The notes under the pieces were generated by a model that was given only the letters and a program-made list of their open reading frames with translations, ran no database searches and had not been told where the DNA came from. A DNA stretch of 26,146 nucleotides from Pseudomonadota bacterium. Lineage in GTDB: Bacteria > Bdellovibrionota_B > Oligoflexia > Oligoflexales > CAIMVM01. Within the stretch, counting starts at the first letter, position 1, and every line of letters starts with the position of its first letter. Made by a program: the position numbers and the translations under genes. The stretch spans positions 1 through 26,146 of the forward strand of contig JBAXBA010000049.1 in the NCBI GenBank assembly GCA_037142195.1, given 5' to 3'. Shown one piece after another: positions 18,084 to 26,146 of this stretch.

Positions 18084-19397
18084 ATGAATCCAACGGATAA
18101 CCTTTCAAACTTAATGGGGAAAAATAGAATTTTTTCAGCAAATGAATTTCCTTTTGGTTGGTGGGCATTTTGTATCTTCCTCATGATGAGCTCCATCGAA
18201 CCTAGACTGTTTTTCTTTGCTAAATGGCACGAGAAAAAAAATACATCTGTTGTCCAAACAATTATGGAGCATGTTGAAGCCAGCAAGGAAAGCCTGCCCG
18301 AAACTATGGATCAGTTAAAAGAACTCGGGCATAAATTGGGTTTAAATGTGGAAAAATTTGACTCTCTTGGACGGCCCTATGAATTTGTTAGTTTTTCTTC
18401 ATCAGCCTGGTATGTCTCCGGATCCATAAACTCCGCTGACAGCCATTCCACCGGTTGGACAGAGATGTTTCAGCCGACTCCCTCCTTGAAGGGGGAAAAA
18501 TGGGGGCCCTGGCCACAAGGCGGCTTAATGTCTGAACTCAGTTTGGACAGACGTTATATTGCTAGGCTTTTCATCTCAGAAACTGAGCCCTATCGACGAT
18601 TGATAGTTGTAAGCAATGATTCCAAGAAAAGTCCCGTGTGGGTAGATACCATAAACAATGTAGAGGCTTTTAGGTGGATGCCTAGCGGTCTTATTTATAC
18701 AGCTTCACTCACAGTAAAAGGGCGCTCTGGAGCACACTTCTATGTTCCAAGTGAGGGAGTCAGCTATTTTTTGGGACAAGTAACCGATAGCAAAATGGAT
18801 GGAATTAACGAAGGCCTCGATCAAACTCGAGACTCTAGCTCCTATAATATCGTTTTGATGGATGTTCGTGAAGACAAAGTAGAATTTGCTTTAAGCAAAG
18901 ACAATGGATTAGGAATCTCACCTGAAATTTTATTTCACTCTCGAAAGGCATTCCAGATTAAATCCGAAAAAAATCAAATCCTTGTAAATGAGATCCCTTT
19001 GTTTTCCTCTCCCACTTCCGCTACACCTTTACCATCTAACTTGAGCCCATTAGTAGAAAAGTTTCTAAATCTACCTCTCGCTGGGCCAGGCCAAACAATT
19101 CTAGAAGAGTGGCAGGAGAGCGCCGGACAGTTTGAAAAAACGCCTTTGTTTGTGGAAATGCTCTGGGGCTTGGGGGCACTCTACCGAAATGCCTCCCTAG
19201 ATTTTAGGGACATGGGAAAAACGTTGGACTCCAACACTCTTGCATCCTATGCCGCAGAATATGCACTTACTTTGTCCCGCCGAAAGGATGCCCCTACTTG
19301 GATGAAAAACTGCGCCTTATGGTTTTGGAGTGAGCATCAACTCTTAAATCGCCCGCTTAAAAACCAAGATATAAATTTAGAGTGGCCCTCTCCCTAA
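18084..19397 (+). CDS. Hypothetical membrane-anchored protein with a GspG-like segment and beta-rich region
   Basis: 437-aa ORF; N-terminal hydrophobic segment; LPETMDQL...DSLGRPYEF; propeller-like LSLDRRYIA and FRWMPSGLIY; start uncertain. Confidence 0.7.
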   Translation: MNPTDNLSNLMGKNRIFSANEFPFGWWAFCIFLMMSSIEPRLFFFAKWHEKKNTSVVQTIMEHVEASKESLPETMDQLKELGHKLGLNVEKFDSLGRPYEFVSFSSSAWYVSGSINSADSHSTGWTEMFQPTPSLKGEKWGPWPQGGLMSELSLDRRYIARLFISETEPYRRLIVVSNDSKKSPVWVDTINNVEAFRWMPSGLIYTASLTVKGRSGAHFYVPSEGVSYFLGQVTDSKMDGINEGLDQTRDSSSYNIVLMDVREDKVEFALSKDNGLGISPEILFHSRKAFQIKSEKNQILVNEIPLFSSPTSATPLPSNLSPLVEKFLNLPLAGPGQTILEEWQESAGQFEKTPLFVEMLWGLGALYRNASLDFRDMGKTLDSNTLASYAAEYALTLSRRKDAPTWMKNCALWFWSEHQLLNRPLKNQDINLEWPSP

Positions 19398-19402
19398 TGC
19401 TG

Positions 19403-20596
19403 CTACTTAATAGAATAACCATAAAGATTTCCAAGCCCCGTGGAGAACCAAAGTGCATCATCAAAATATATAGGCAATTGAATAATCTTAGTGTCTAAAA
19501 ATTCTTTCCACTGAAGGTCTCCCGTTCCCCGGTCCAATTGTGCCACAATACCTGCAGGGCCAGACACCAAAACGGAAGTTTCTCTTAGTTCAAGAACGGA
19601 TAAAGAATCTCCGACTTTCGTCTTCCAAAGAATCGTCCCATCTTTAGGATTCATGGAAATGAGCTCACCGGTAGCGGTGGTCATATAAAGTCCGCCAGCA
19701 AATGTTTTAGCTTCTGTGATAGGCGCACCTCTCACCTTCCATAGGGGTGCTTTATCTGGATTTCTTCGATCAAACGCTGCCACAAGACCATCATAACGGG
19801 CGACGATGATAAGTTGACCTAATATAAGAGGATTCGCAATGATATCGGAAAACCGACCTTCTACCGACCCTAAGCTCGAGCTAAAGGACCGAATGCCCGT
19901 CTTGGCGTCAAATCCTTCTAGTCTTCCTCCATTCGTGCCGAGAATGACCACGCCGTCATCTACTAGCGGTGCAGCTCCCGTTCTAATTTGAATCCCTACG
20001 GATTTGGCGCTGTCAACAACCCACTCTTGTTTTCCAGTTTGGACATCTAATGCACCCAGTTCCTGGGCTCCGGTCACAAAATAAAGCTTTCCGCCCGAAA
20101 CCGTCATGCCTCGGGTTACAAGGCTTGGTATATTTGATTTCCAATTCACACTGCCCGTGCGTCTATCTAACCGCACAATGGATCCATCGGCAAAAGCAAC
20201 AAAGACGATGTCTCGACTTAATAGTATAGGCGCCGATACAGGCACTTCACCCAAATAGGTCCAAAGGATATGACCTTTTTTAGGATCCATCAAAGAAACA
20301 TGGCCAGGCGCCATTTCCGCGATGATCCCATCAGATGTTCCGACAACTCCACCAATATCAATTGCTGCCAAAGTTTTATCTGCATCTAACCAAGGGCGAA
20401 TACTTAAAACTCCCACATGTGCTGGCGAGCTTTGCCCCATCATCTGAGCATTCATAGTGGACATGTCCCAATCTGCAATGGCTTTCTCAGAAAAAACATT
20501 TAGGCCTAAACAAATCGATATAAATCCGTTTATCAACGTTAAAAAAAAGGGAACTTGATGAGAATACATTCGTAGCATACGTTTATTGAAAACCAT
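19403..20596 (-). CDS. bamB: BamB-like PQQ-repeat beta-propeller protein
   Basis: Repeated LD.xTG...W blades; lies directly downstream of a YfgM-like gene; ATG 20596 with SD AGGGGA. Confidence 0.8.
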   Translation of the reverse strand: MVFNKRMLRMYSHQVPFFLTLINGFISICLGLNVFSEKAIADWDMSTMNAQMMGQSSPAHVGVLSIRPWLDADKTLAAIDIGGVVGTSDGIIAEMAPGHVSLMDPKKGHILWTYLGEVPVSAPILLSRDIVFVAFADGSIVRLDRRTGSVNWKSNIPSLVTRGMTVSGGKLYFVTGAQELGALDVQTGKQEWVVDSAKSVGIQIRTGAAPLVDDGVVILGTNGGRLEGFDAKTGIRSFSSSLGSVEGRFSDIIANPLILGQLIIVARYDGLVAAFDRRNPDKAPLWKVRGAPITEAKTFAGGLYMTTATGELISMNPKDGTILWKTKVGDSLSVLELRETSVLVSGPAGIVAQLDRGTGDLQWKEFLDTKIIQLPIYFDDALWFSTGLGNLYGYSIK

Positions 20597-20653
20597 AAAG
20601 AATCCCCTGTGGCACCCTAATAAGGAAGGATGTCCGTAAATCATAATGGCCGA

Positions 20654-21454
20654 TTATTGAACAACAGATCTCGCAACTTTAGCCTTTTCCACTTCGCTTG
20701 ATTCTGCGTATTTAGATAAAACTTCATCAAAAGCTTTCAAAGCCTCTTCCTTTTTACCAGATTCATGAAGGATACGACCTTTGGCCATTAAAGCATGCGC
20801 AGCAAGTTCGTCGTTGGGCTTTGAGGCAAGCGCCTTATCGAGTTCCACTAGCGCCTCGTCTTTTTTCCCTGTTTCTTCAAGAAGGCCGGCATAATAGATC
20901 CTGCCCTGAGTCTGATAGAGCGGGAGTTGTGCTTTTTCCATAATGGGCTTCAAAATCTCGATAGCCTTAGCATAATCATTTCGTACTACGACGATATTGG
21001 CAGCTTCCATGCCAGCTCGCCATCCTGCGGGCTTATTGATGTTTTGTTTAGAAAACGCTTCATACTTGGCTAAGCTGCCATTATGATCAGCTTTAATCAA
21101 AGCCATCTTTTCTTGCAGCTCTTTCATTTTGACATCGATCAGCTTTTGGTCGCCTTTTGCTCCTTTCATAAAGTCTTGCATTTCCTTTTGCAATGCTTCA
21201 CGGGGCTTAGATACAGCTTCCTCTTCGTGCTGATACATCATATCTATCGAAGAAAGTTCATCTCTTAACTTTTGGGCCGATCGCTCAGAAAAATAGTTCC
21301 AGGCGTAAAATGCACAAGCTAAAAGCACAAGTGGCGCAATACACAAACCCAAAAGTTTAATATTTCTTTCCATCCAACTGAGAGTCTTAAATCCTTGTAC
21401 TTGAAAAGCATCGGGTTTCTTTAATTCTTTTGGGTTCAAATGCTTGTCGCTCAT
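20654..21454 (-). CDS. YfgM-like single-TM TPR protein
   Basis: KELKKPDAFQ...WMERN followed by a TM helix and TPR repeats; upstream of bamB as in the conserved yfgM-bamB pair; SD GAGGA. Confidence 0.82.
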   Translation of the reverse strand: MSDKHLNPKELKKPDAFQVQGFKTLSWMERNIKLLGLCIAPLVLLACAFYAWNYFSERSAQKLRDELSSIDMMYQHEEEAVSKPREALQKEMQDFMKGAKGDQKLIDVKMKELQEKMALIKADHNGSLAKYEAFSKQNINKPAGWRAGMEAANIVVVRNDYAKAIEILKPIMEKAQLPLYQTQGRIYYAGLLEETGKKDEALVELDKALASKPNDELAAHALMAKGRILHESGKKEEALKAFDEVLSKYAESSEVEKAKVARSVVQ

Positions 21455-21553
21455 CGTCTGACATCCTCATATGTTCTTGGAAAGTGCAATTCGTGTTATT
21501 ATAGGCAAAAGCGTTCTTTTTCCTAGTAAAATTGAATTTAAAGGGTTTAAGCT

Positions 21554-24043
21554 ATGTCTGTCTCTCCCTTAGGCGATTTGTTGGTAAATATGGGGCTTAT
21601 TACCCCAGATGACCGTACAACCATCATTCGCGAATGCGGCAGGTCCTCTCAATCCTTTGCCAAGTCCATTGTTCGATTGGGAATCATTCAAGAGAAAGAC
21701 CTACCAGAACTGCTCACAAAGAGAGCAGGGGCCGTTAAAGCTTCCCCAGAAGACGTGAGGTTCCCCACCCGTGAGGCCCTCAACCTGATCGACCGCGGGC
21801 TTATTGCTAAGCTTGAAGTCCTTCCTTTAAAAGTCGAAATGGGGCGTCTGCTGATTGCCATGGGCGACCCCCTGGACCGAGATACTGTATCGCAAGTCCA
21901 ATTTTTTGTCCGGAAGCCAGTCATTGCACTAGTCGCAAACTTTTCTGAGATCCACGAGGCCATTGCTAAGCAATTGGGCGAAAGCTTTACGCCTAGCATT
22001 CCGCCTCTTGCTGCATTTTTAGACCGCCATAGTGTGAGATTAGGCACGCAGAAAATAGCACCCGAGGAGTTCGAAGAAGAATTAAGCCTAGAAACCACTT
22101 CCGCAGAATTTGATTTTAGCGAACCGACTTCAACTATTAAAGGAAAAAAGAATTCGGGACGTCGCTCAGCGCCTGAATTGCCCAGCGCTGGTTTCCAATC
22201 ATTGGATCAAGAAGACGATGATATCAACATGGAATATGAAAAATCGGTTAGCCCTAGCACTCAAGCTAGCACAGCTGACTTCCTCGATTCTGAAAGTTCC
22301 AATGAATTTGATCTACATATAGAGGGGGAACTTTCCGAAGATTTGCTTGACGCTGACACTACCACCAGATCCAAAAAGACATTAGACGAAAACGCCATTT
22401 TAGATGACAGCTTTGAATTTGATGATGATGAACTAGATGAAAAACCCACTGTTGCTGCTTCAAACTTGGATATGAGTATAGAAGAAATAGACTCCGAACC
22501 CCTCGCAAAAACAAGCGCAGCTCCCACTAAAGCCAAAGAAAAAGTACCAGCGACTTCGAGAAATTCGACAGCTAGCGTCAGCATGTACAATCAAAATATA
22601 TACTTAGACGATATTGACCTTGAAGGCCTAGGAGATGATGACGATATTTCCTTTGACGAAGAAAATGAAGGCTCTAACGACCAAATGAAAGTCGAAACTG
22701 AGGCCTTAGAAGCTCCCATGCCAGTCACTTCGGAAACTCAACAAGATAACGCACGGGAATCAGCTCAAGATGTTAGCGCTGAAACCGCGACATTCGGTGA
22801 TGAGCTAAATGAAACAGATTTAGAACAAGATCTCCTAGCAGATCTCCCCTTAGATTCCTCTTCCAGCCAAGAACTTGACTTTGATATTGATCTCCAATCT
22901 GAGACAACTTCTCAGAGTCTAGATGAGGAGACAAAACCTTTAAAAACTAAGAACCAAAATTCTTCCATCCCTTCGCCGATCTCCCGGGAAGCCATTAAAA
23001 AAGCAAAAGAGGATCCGCTTGTCGGCATTGATGACTCCGATTTAGCCGATTTAGACTGGGATACTTCTGCAGAATCCTCAAGTTCACTTGCCTCCGATAT
23101 AGAAATCGGTGACGAAGAGACCCTGGAAATTGATGAAACCCTGACCAACAAGCTAAGGGACACAGAACTTCTAGAGTCGATAGATTTTTCTGACGAACAT
23201 GAAGATGAACTAGGTGTAGCTCTAAATCTGAATACAGATCTAAGTTCAAGTAAAAGCATCGAAAAGAATGACAAAATCACTGAAGATCTATCGCCGTTGG
23301 ACTCCTTTGATGAAGAAGACATAGATGATATAGCAACTTCTTCTTCCAGCTCCTTCCCAAGCACAAAAGCGGACTCAAACAAGGAGACTTCTAGCCACTC
23401 CGTTCCCCATGCCGATGCCTCACAAAAGAAAAAAGAGATGGACTCTAGAACCACCGCTGCGCTATCTGGAATTGATTCCGCATCTGATTTATTAGAAATC
23501 GACCTTTCTCTCTTCGGCGAAGACAATATAGATTTAGATGATATTGCCATTGAAACCTCGACATTAGATGCACTCGAAGAAGTATCTATTTCAGACGTCC
23601 CTGCACCTATGCAAAAAGCACAAAAAAGCGCCCCGACAACTCAGTCCCAGTCCAGTGCCTTCAGCCAAGTCTCTGGTATCATCAATCATGGGATTACATC
23701 CGTCTTCACTGCAGATAATAAAGAAGAGGCAGCAAATGCCGTCATGGAAGCAATGACCGCTTGTGGTGCATCAACAGGCTGGTGGATACATCTAACAGCG
23801 AAGCCCATGGGATATTTTTGGAAAGACGGTGAACTTCGCGAGACTAATGACGCAGAGCTTCAAACCGCAAAGAATTTCCAAGGGACTGAGTGGACTCATA
23901 AAAAAGAATGGGAACTTATCTCAATTCCTGTGGGAACCACGCAGATAGTCATTGCTGCTCAATGGAATGAGTCCACCCCTCAAGGAACTAAGTCCGCGGT
24001 ACTGAACTTATTTAAGCGCTTGGTAGCTATGACCCCAGCCTAA
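21554..24043 (+). CDS. GspE/PilB N-terminal (MshEN/T2SSE_N) domain protein with a long acidic linker and no ATPase domain
   Basis: LGDLLVNMGLIT, VLPL....GRLLIAMGDPLD and EIHEAI motifs in about the first 145 aa; more than 500 aa of D/E/S-rich sequence; no Walker A. Confidence 0.85.
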   Translation: MSVSPLGDLLVNMGLITPDDRTTIIRECGRSSQSFAKSIVRLGIIQEKDLPELLTKRAGAVKASPEDVRFPTREALNLIDRGLIAKLEVLPLKVEMGRLLIAMGDPLDRDTVSQVQFFVRKPVIALVANFSEIHEAIAKQLGESFTPSIPPLAAFLDRHSVRLGTQKIAPEEFEEELSLETTSAEFDFSEPTSTIKGKKNSGRRSAPELPSAGFQSLDQEDDDINMEYEKSVSPSTQASTADFLDSESSNEFDLHIEGELSEDLLDADTTTRSKKTLDENAILDDSFEFDDDELDEKPTVAASNLDMSIEEIDSEPLAKTSAAPTKAKEKVPATSRNSTASVSMYNQNIYLDDIDLEGLGDDDDISFDEENEGSNDQMKVETEALEAPMPVTSETQQDNARESAQDVSAETATFGDELNETDLEQDLLADLPLDSSSSQELDFDIDLQSETTSQSLDEETKPLKTKNQNSSIPSPISREAIKKAKEDPLVGIDDSDLADLDWDTSAESSSSLASDIEIGDEETLEIDETLTNKLRDTELLESIDFSDEHEDELGVALNLNTDLSSSKSIEKNDKITEDLSPLDSFDEEDIDDIATSSSSSFPSTKADSNKETSSHSVPHADASQKKKEMDSRTTAALSGIDSASDLLEIDLSLFGEDNIDLDDIAIETSTLDALEEVSISDVPAPMQKAQKSAPTTQSQSSAFSQVSGIINHGITSVFTADNKEEAANAVMEAMTACGASTGWWIHLTAKPMGYFWKDGELRETNDAELQTAKNFQGTEWTHKKEWELISIPVGTTQIVIAAQWNESTPQGTKSAVLNLFKRLVAMTPA

Positions 24044-24051
24044 AAATCCTT

Positions 24052-24138
24052 TAGAGAGATGCTACCGTAAGGCCTAACGGCACAAGATGGAATTCTACTA
24101 ATGTAGATATGTGCTTTATCCGTCGTAGCGTATCTCTA
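24052..24138. repeat. Long imperfect inverted repeat containing a solitary Cas12a-repeat-like sequence
   Basis: Pairings TAGAGA/TCTCTA, ATGCTAC/GTAGCGT, GCACA/TGTGC and TCTAC-TAAT-GTAGA. Confidence 0.6.
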
Positions 24139-24824
24139 TTGAATAGAAAAACACCGACTCTCTCGAAGTGAAAAGGAGAGAAAAAATTGTCTATCGCAAG
24201 AGGTAGCGGCGAAAAGCACAGCTAATTAAGGACTATTAGCTTCTACAAACAGAAATCCATCCACCAATAGCTAAATTGTCCCGGGGCAAGGGGAGCGTCT
24301 ATTTCTCGTGAACAAAATCAAAAAAATGGAAACCGTCTTTTTCGTTCACGCTAAATGGATCAGCGCGCCATAATGACTCACTTGATATGCTCATTCCTCA
24401 TGAAACTTAATATGAAAATCAGCTTGGGAAAACTTGGGTAGAAATAAATGCTACATTCTTTCACAGCCTAAGAGCCCACAAAAAACAAAAAAAAACGGCA
24501 TACTAGGCCATTTTTCAGGACAACCTAAAATCAAACCTGTAGAACCAGCTTTCTATTCAGGATTAAAGAACCATGCAAAAATTAAATGGTAATCTCAAAT
24601 AAAATCATTTTATCCATCTTGCTCAAACACCTAGTTCCAGATAAATCCTTCGAAGCGGAATTAACCGTAAAGGAGTGACGATAGGTGGGGTCCATAGCAT
24701 AGACGAAAAAGTGGGCCGTTTAGGCAAGATCTAAAGAAGCCTGCACCAGTACGCACATGGCTACTTCGAGAAGAAGCATAAATCAAAGAAATAAGACACA
24801 ACGCAACATTCTATAGGAGAATTT

Positions 24825-25673
24825 ATGAAATTGAGATCTATTCGAGCAATTGACAGTTCCTTCATTGTTAAACTTAAAAGCAGATACTCTCGTTCTGTTA
24901 AGTTGGGTCTGACGTCAGTTTTTTCGCTGGCCGCGCTTGCTGTTATTGGCTGTGGTTCTGACTCCCATAAAAAAGCTGGGGATCAAAAACCAACTCCTGT
25001 AGCTGTTCCTATTCCAAGTCTAAACTCGACTCCTAAGCCCACGTCTTCTCTGAGCACTGAGCAACAAACCGTTCTTAATGGCCTTAAAGCCGAAGAAATC
25101 CGTATTGGGAAAATTCGCAAAATTATAGAGACGGAATATATCAAAGAAGATGAGAAAGTGTTTCTGGAAATCCATGGCCCGAACTGGTCCGAGGATAAGT
25201 ATAACATACTGCATAAGTATACGATTGATAGCACTCAGACAGTGAAGAATTTACATGAGAGAGTGGCAGCAGCAATCAGTGAATGTGAAAAAGCTGTTAA
25301 ACAGAGGAGTTGTGACAGTGGCAAAGTTTTAGACGAAGCGAAGAATTACGAGTTCGTATGGAAGATTCCTCAAAAATTTTTGGATATAGCAAGTGGCTCT
25401 GTTACTTTAAAAGTTAAAAAATCAAGATGTGATAATGTTGAGGTAGAGGATATGTGTGAGATATACAAACCTCGTGAAATAGATTACAACAGTAAAGACA
25501 TTAGATATGAGCTTTGGGTGCCGAGGTCTTCAAAAATAATGGTTTTGGATGAAAACTGTGATTCCAAAAATAGAATTTATTATGATCTGGATTGTGAATG
25601 GGACACTTTTGACCCCCGGTGGGCGCTTGTAGAGGATCTCACAAAGCGAGACAAACTGCCGCATCGCAATTAG
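24825..25673 (+). CDS. Hypothetical lipoprotein
   Basis: SD TAGGAG; long signal region ending LAVIGC; Pro/Thr linker; six further Cys. Confidence 0.8.
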   Translation: MKLRSIRAIDSSFIVKLKSRYSRSVKLGLTSVFSLAALAVIGCGSDSHKKAGDQKPTPVAVPIPSLNSTPKPTSSLSTEQQTVLNGLKAEEIRIGKIRKIIETEYIKEDEKVFLEIHGPNWSEDKYNILHKYTIDSTQTVKNLHERVAAAISECEKAVKQRSCDSGKVLDEAKNYEFVWKIPQKFLDIASGSVTLKVKKSRCDNVEVEDMCEIYKPREIDYNSKDIRYELWVPRSSKIMVLDENCDSKNRIYYDLDCEWDTFDPRWALVEDLTKRDKLPHRN

Positions 25674-25701
25674 ATTCTTTAAAACTCGCGTGAACTATGG
25701 C

Positions 25702-25770
25702 GGCGCAAAAGTTAGAACAGGTTTGTCCTTCCAAAAGCTCAAACCCATGTCTGGCAGGAATCTTTGCGCC
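25702..25770. repeat. Long imperfect hairpin downstream of the lipoprotein gene
   Basis: GGCGCAAA/TTTGCGCC outer stem and GGTTTG/CAAACC inner stem. Confidence 0.45.
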
Positions 25771-26146
25771 ATGAAATGTAAAAGTGGCTGGCATTAGCGG
25801 GACCCGACGGGATTAAAGCGGCGCACCATTTGCACCGAGGTACTTTCTGAGCATATTCGATGCAGGTCAGAAAGTGACAGGGATCATGTTTTGGCTACTA
25901 TGCAGTTCTGCCGACAAAAGACTGCAGGCGCTTTAGCATCAACGACTTTTCTCTCCACTCCAACTGCTCGACCATCTTCTATGTCAGAGACCGTCCTAGA
26001 AACTTTGCGCAATGCATCTCACCCCCCCTATCGAGAGAGCACCTTGAGATCTCGGAAGGACAAATAAAAGACAACCTCAAGACTCTTAGTGAGGGCTGAA
26101 GCAGTCAACCGAAAACTTACTCAAACTTGATCATTTGTCTTATAAC

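Noticed and set aside
21688..23756. Ser-rich antisense and alternative-frame ORFs inside the 829-aa gene
   Set aside because: Shadow ORFs produced by the biased Asp/Glu codons of the real gene
24083..24100. Fluoride riboswitch (GATGGAATTC)
   Set aside because: P1 arms do not pair and there is no nearby ATGAC..CT element
24072..24200. CRISPR array
   Set aside because: Only one good repeat-like copy, no regular periodicity and no cas genes; reported as a solitary repeat instead
24190..24220. SAM-I riboswitch resemblance (CTATC..AAGAGG)
   Set aside because: GAGGGA-TGGCCC and GCAACC core elements are absent

Overview
Bacterial chromosomal window of moderate GC with about 24 protein genes. The gene content (many orphan lipoproteins and secreted proteases, an ATPase-less GspE-N protein) suggests Bdellovibrionota/Oligoflexia or a related lineage, but this is inference only. 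Recognisable genes are greA, tyrS, a divergent cobU-like gene, a TMEM175 K+ channel, ubiE/menG, smpB, mrp/apbC and the yfgM-bamB pair. Envelope genes include an SH3/GVRGL protein with an M48 peptidase and a FadL-like barrel, a TPR-MA peptidase, a papain-like lipoprotein, a second beta-barrel and several hypothetical lipoproteins. No rRNA, intact tRNA, transposase, cas gene or CRISPR array was seen. The most notable unexplained signals are: a solitary 37-nt Cas12a-repeat-like sequence inside an 87-nt hairpin (24052-24138); an unannotated 52-aa peptide with a strong RBS and a mycofactocin-precursor-like motif (7247-7405); a DnaA-box-like cluster; a CobU homolog apparently lacking the catalytic His; a (GA)15 tract next to a switch-like structured RNA upstream of mrp; and an 829-aa GspE-N/acidic protein.
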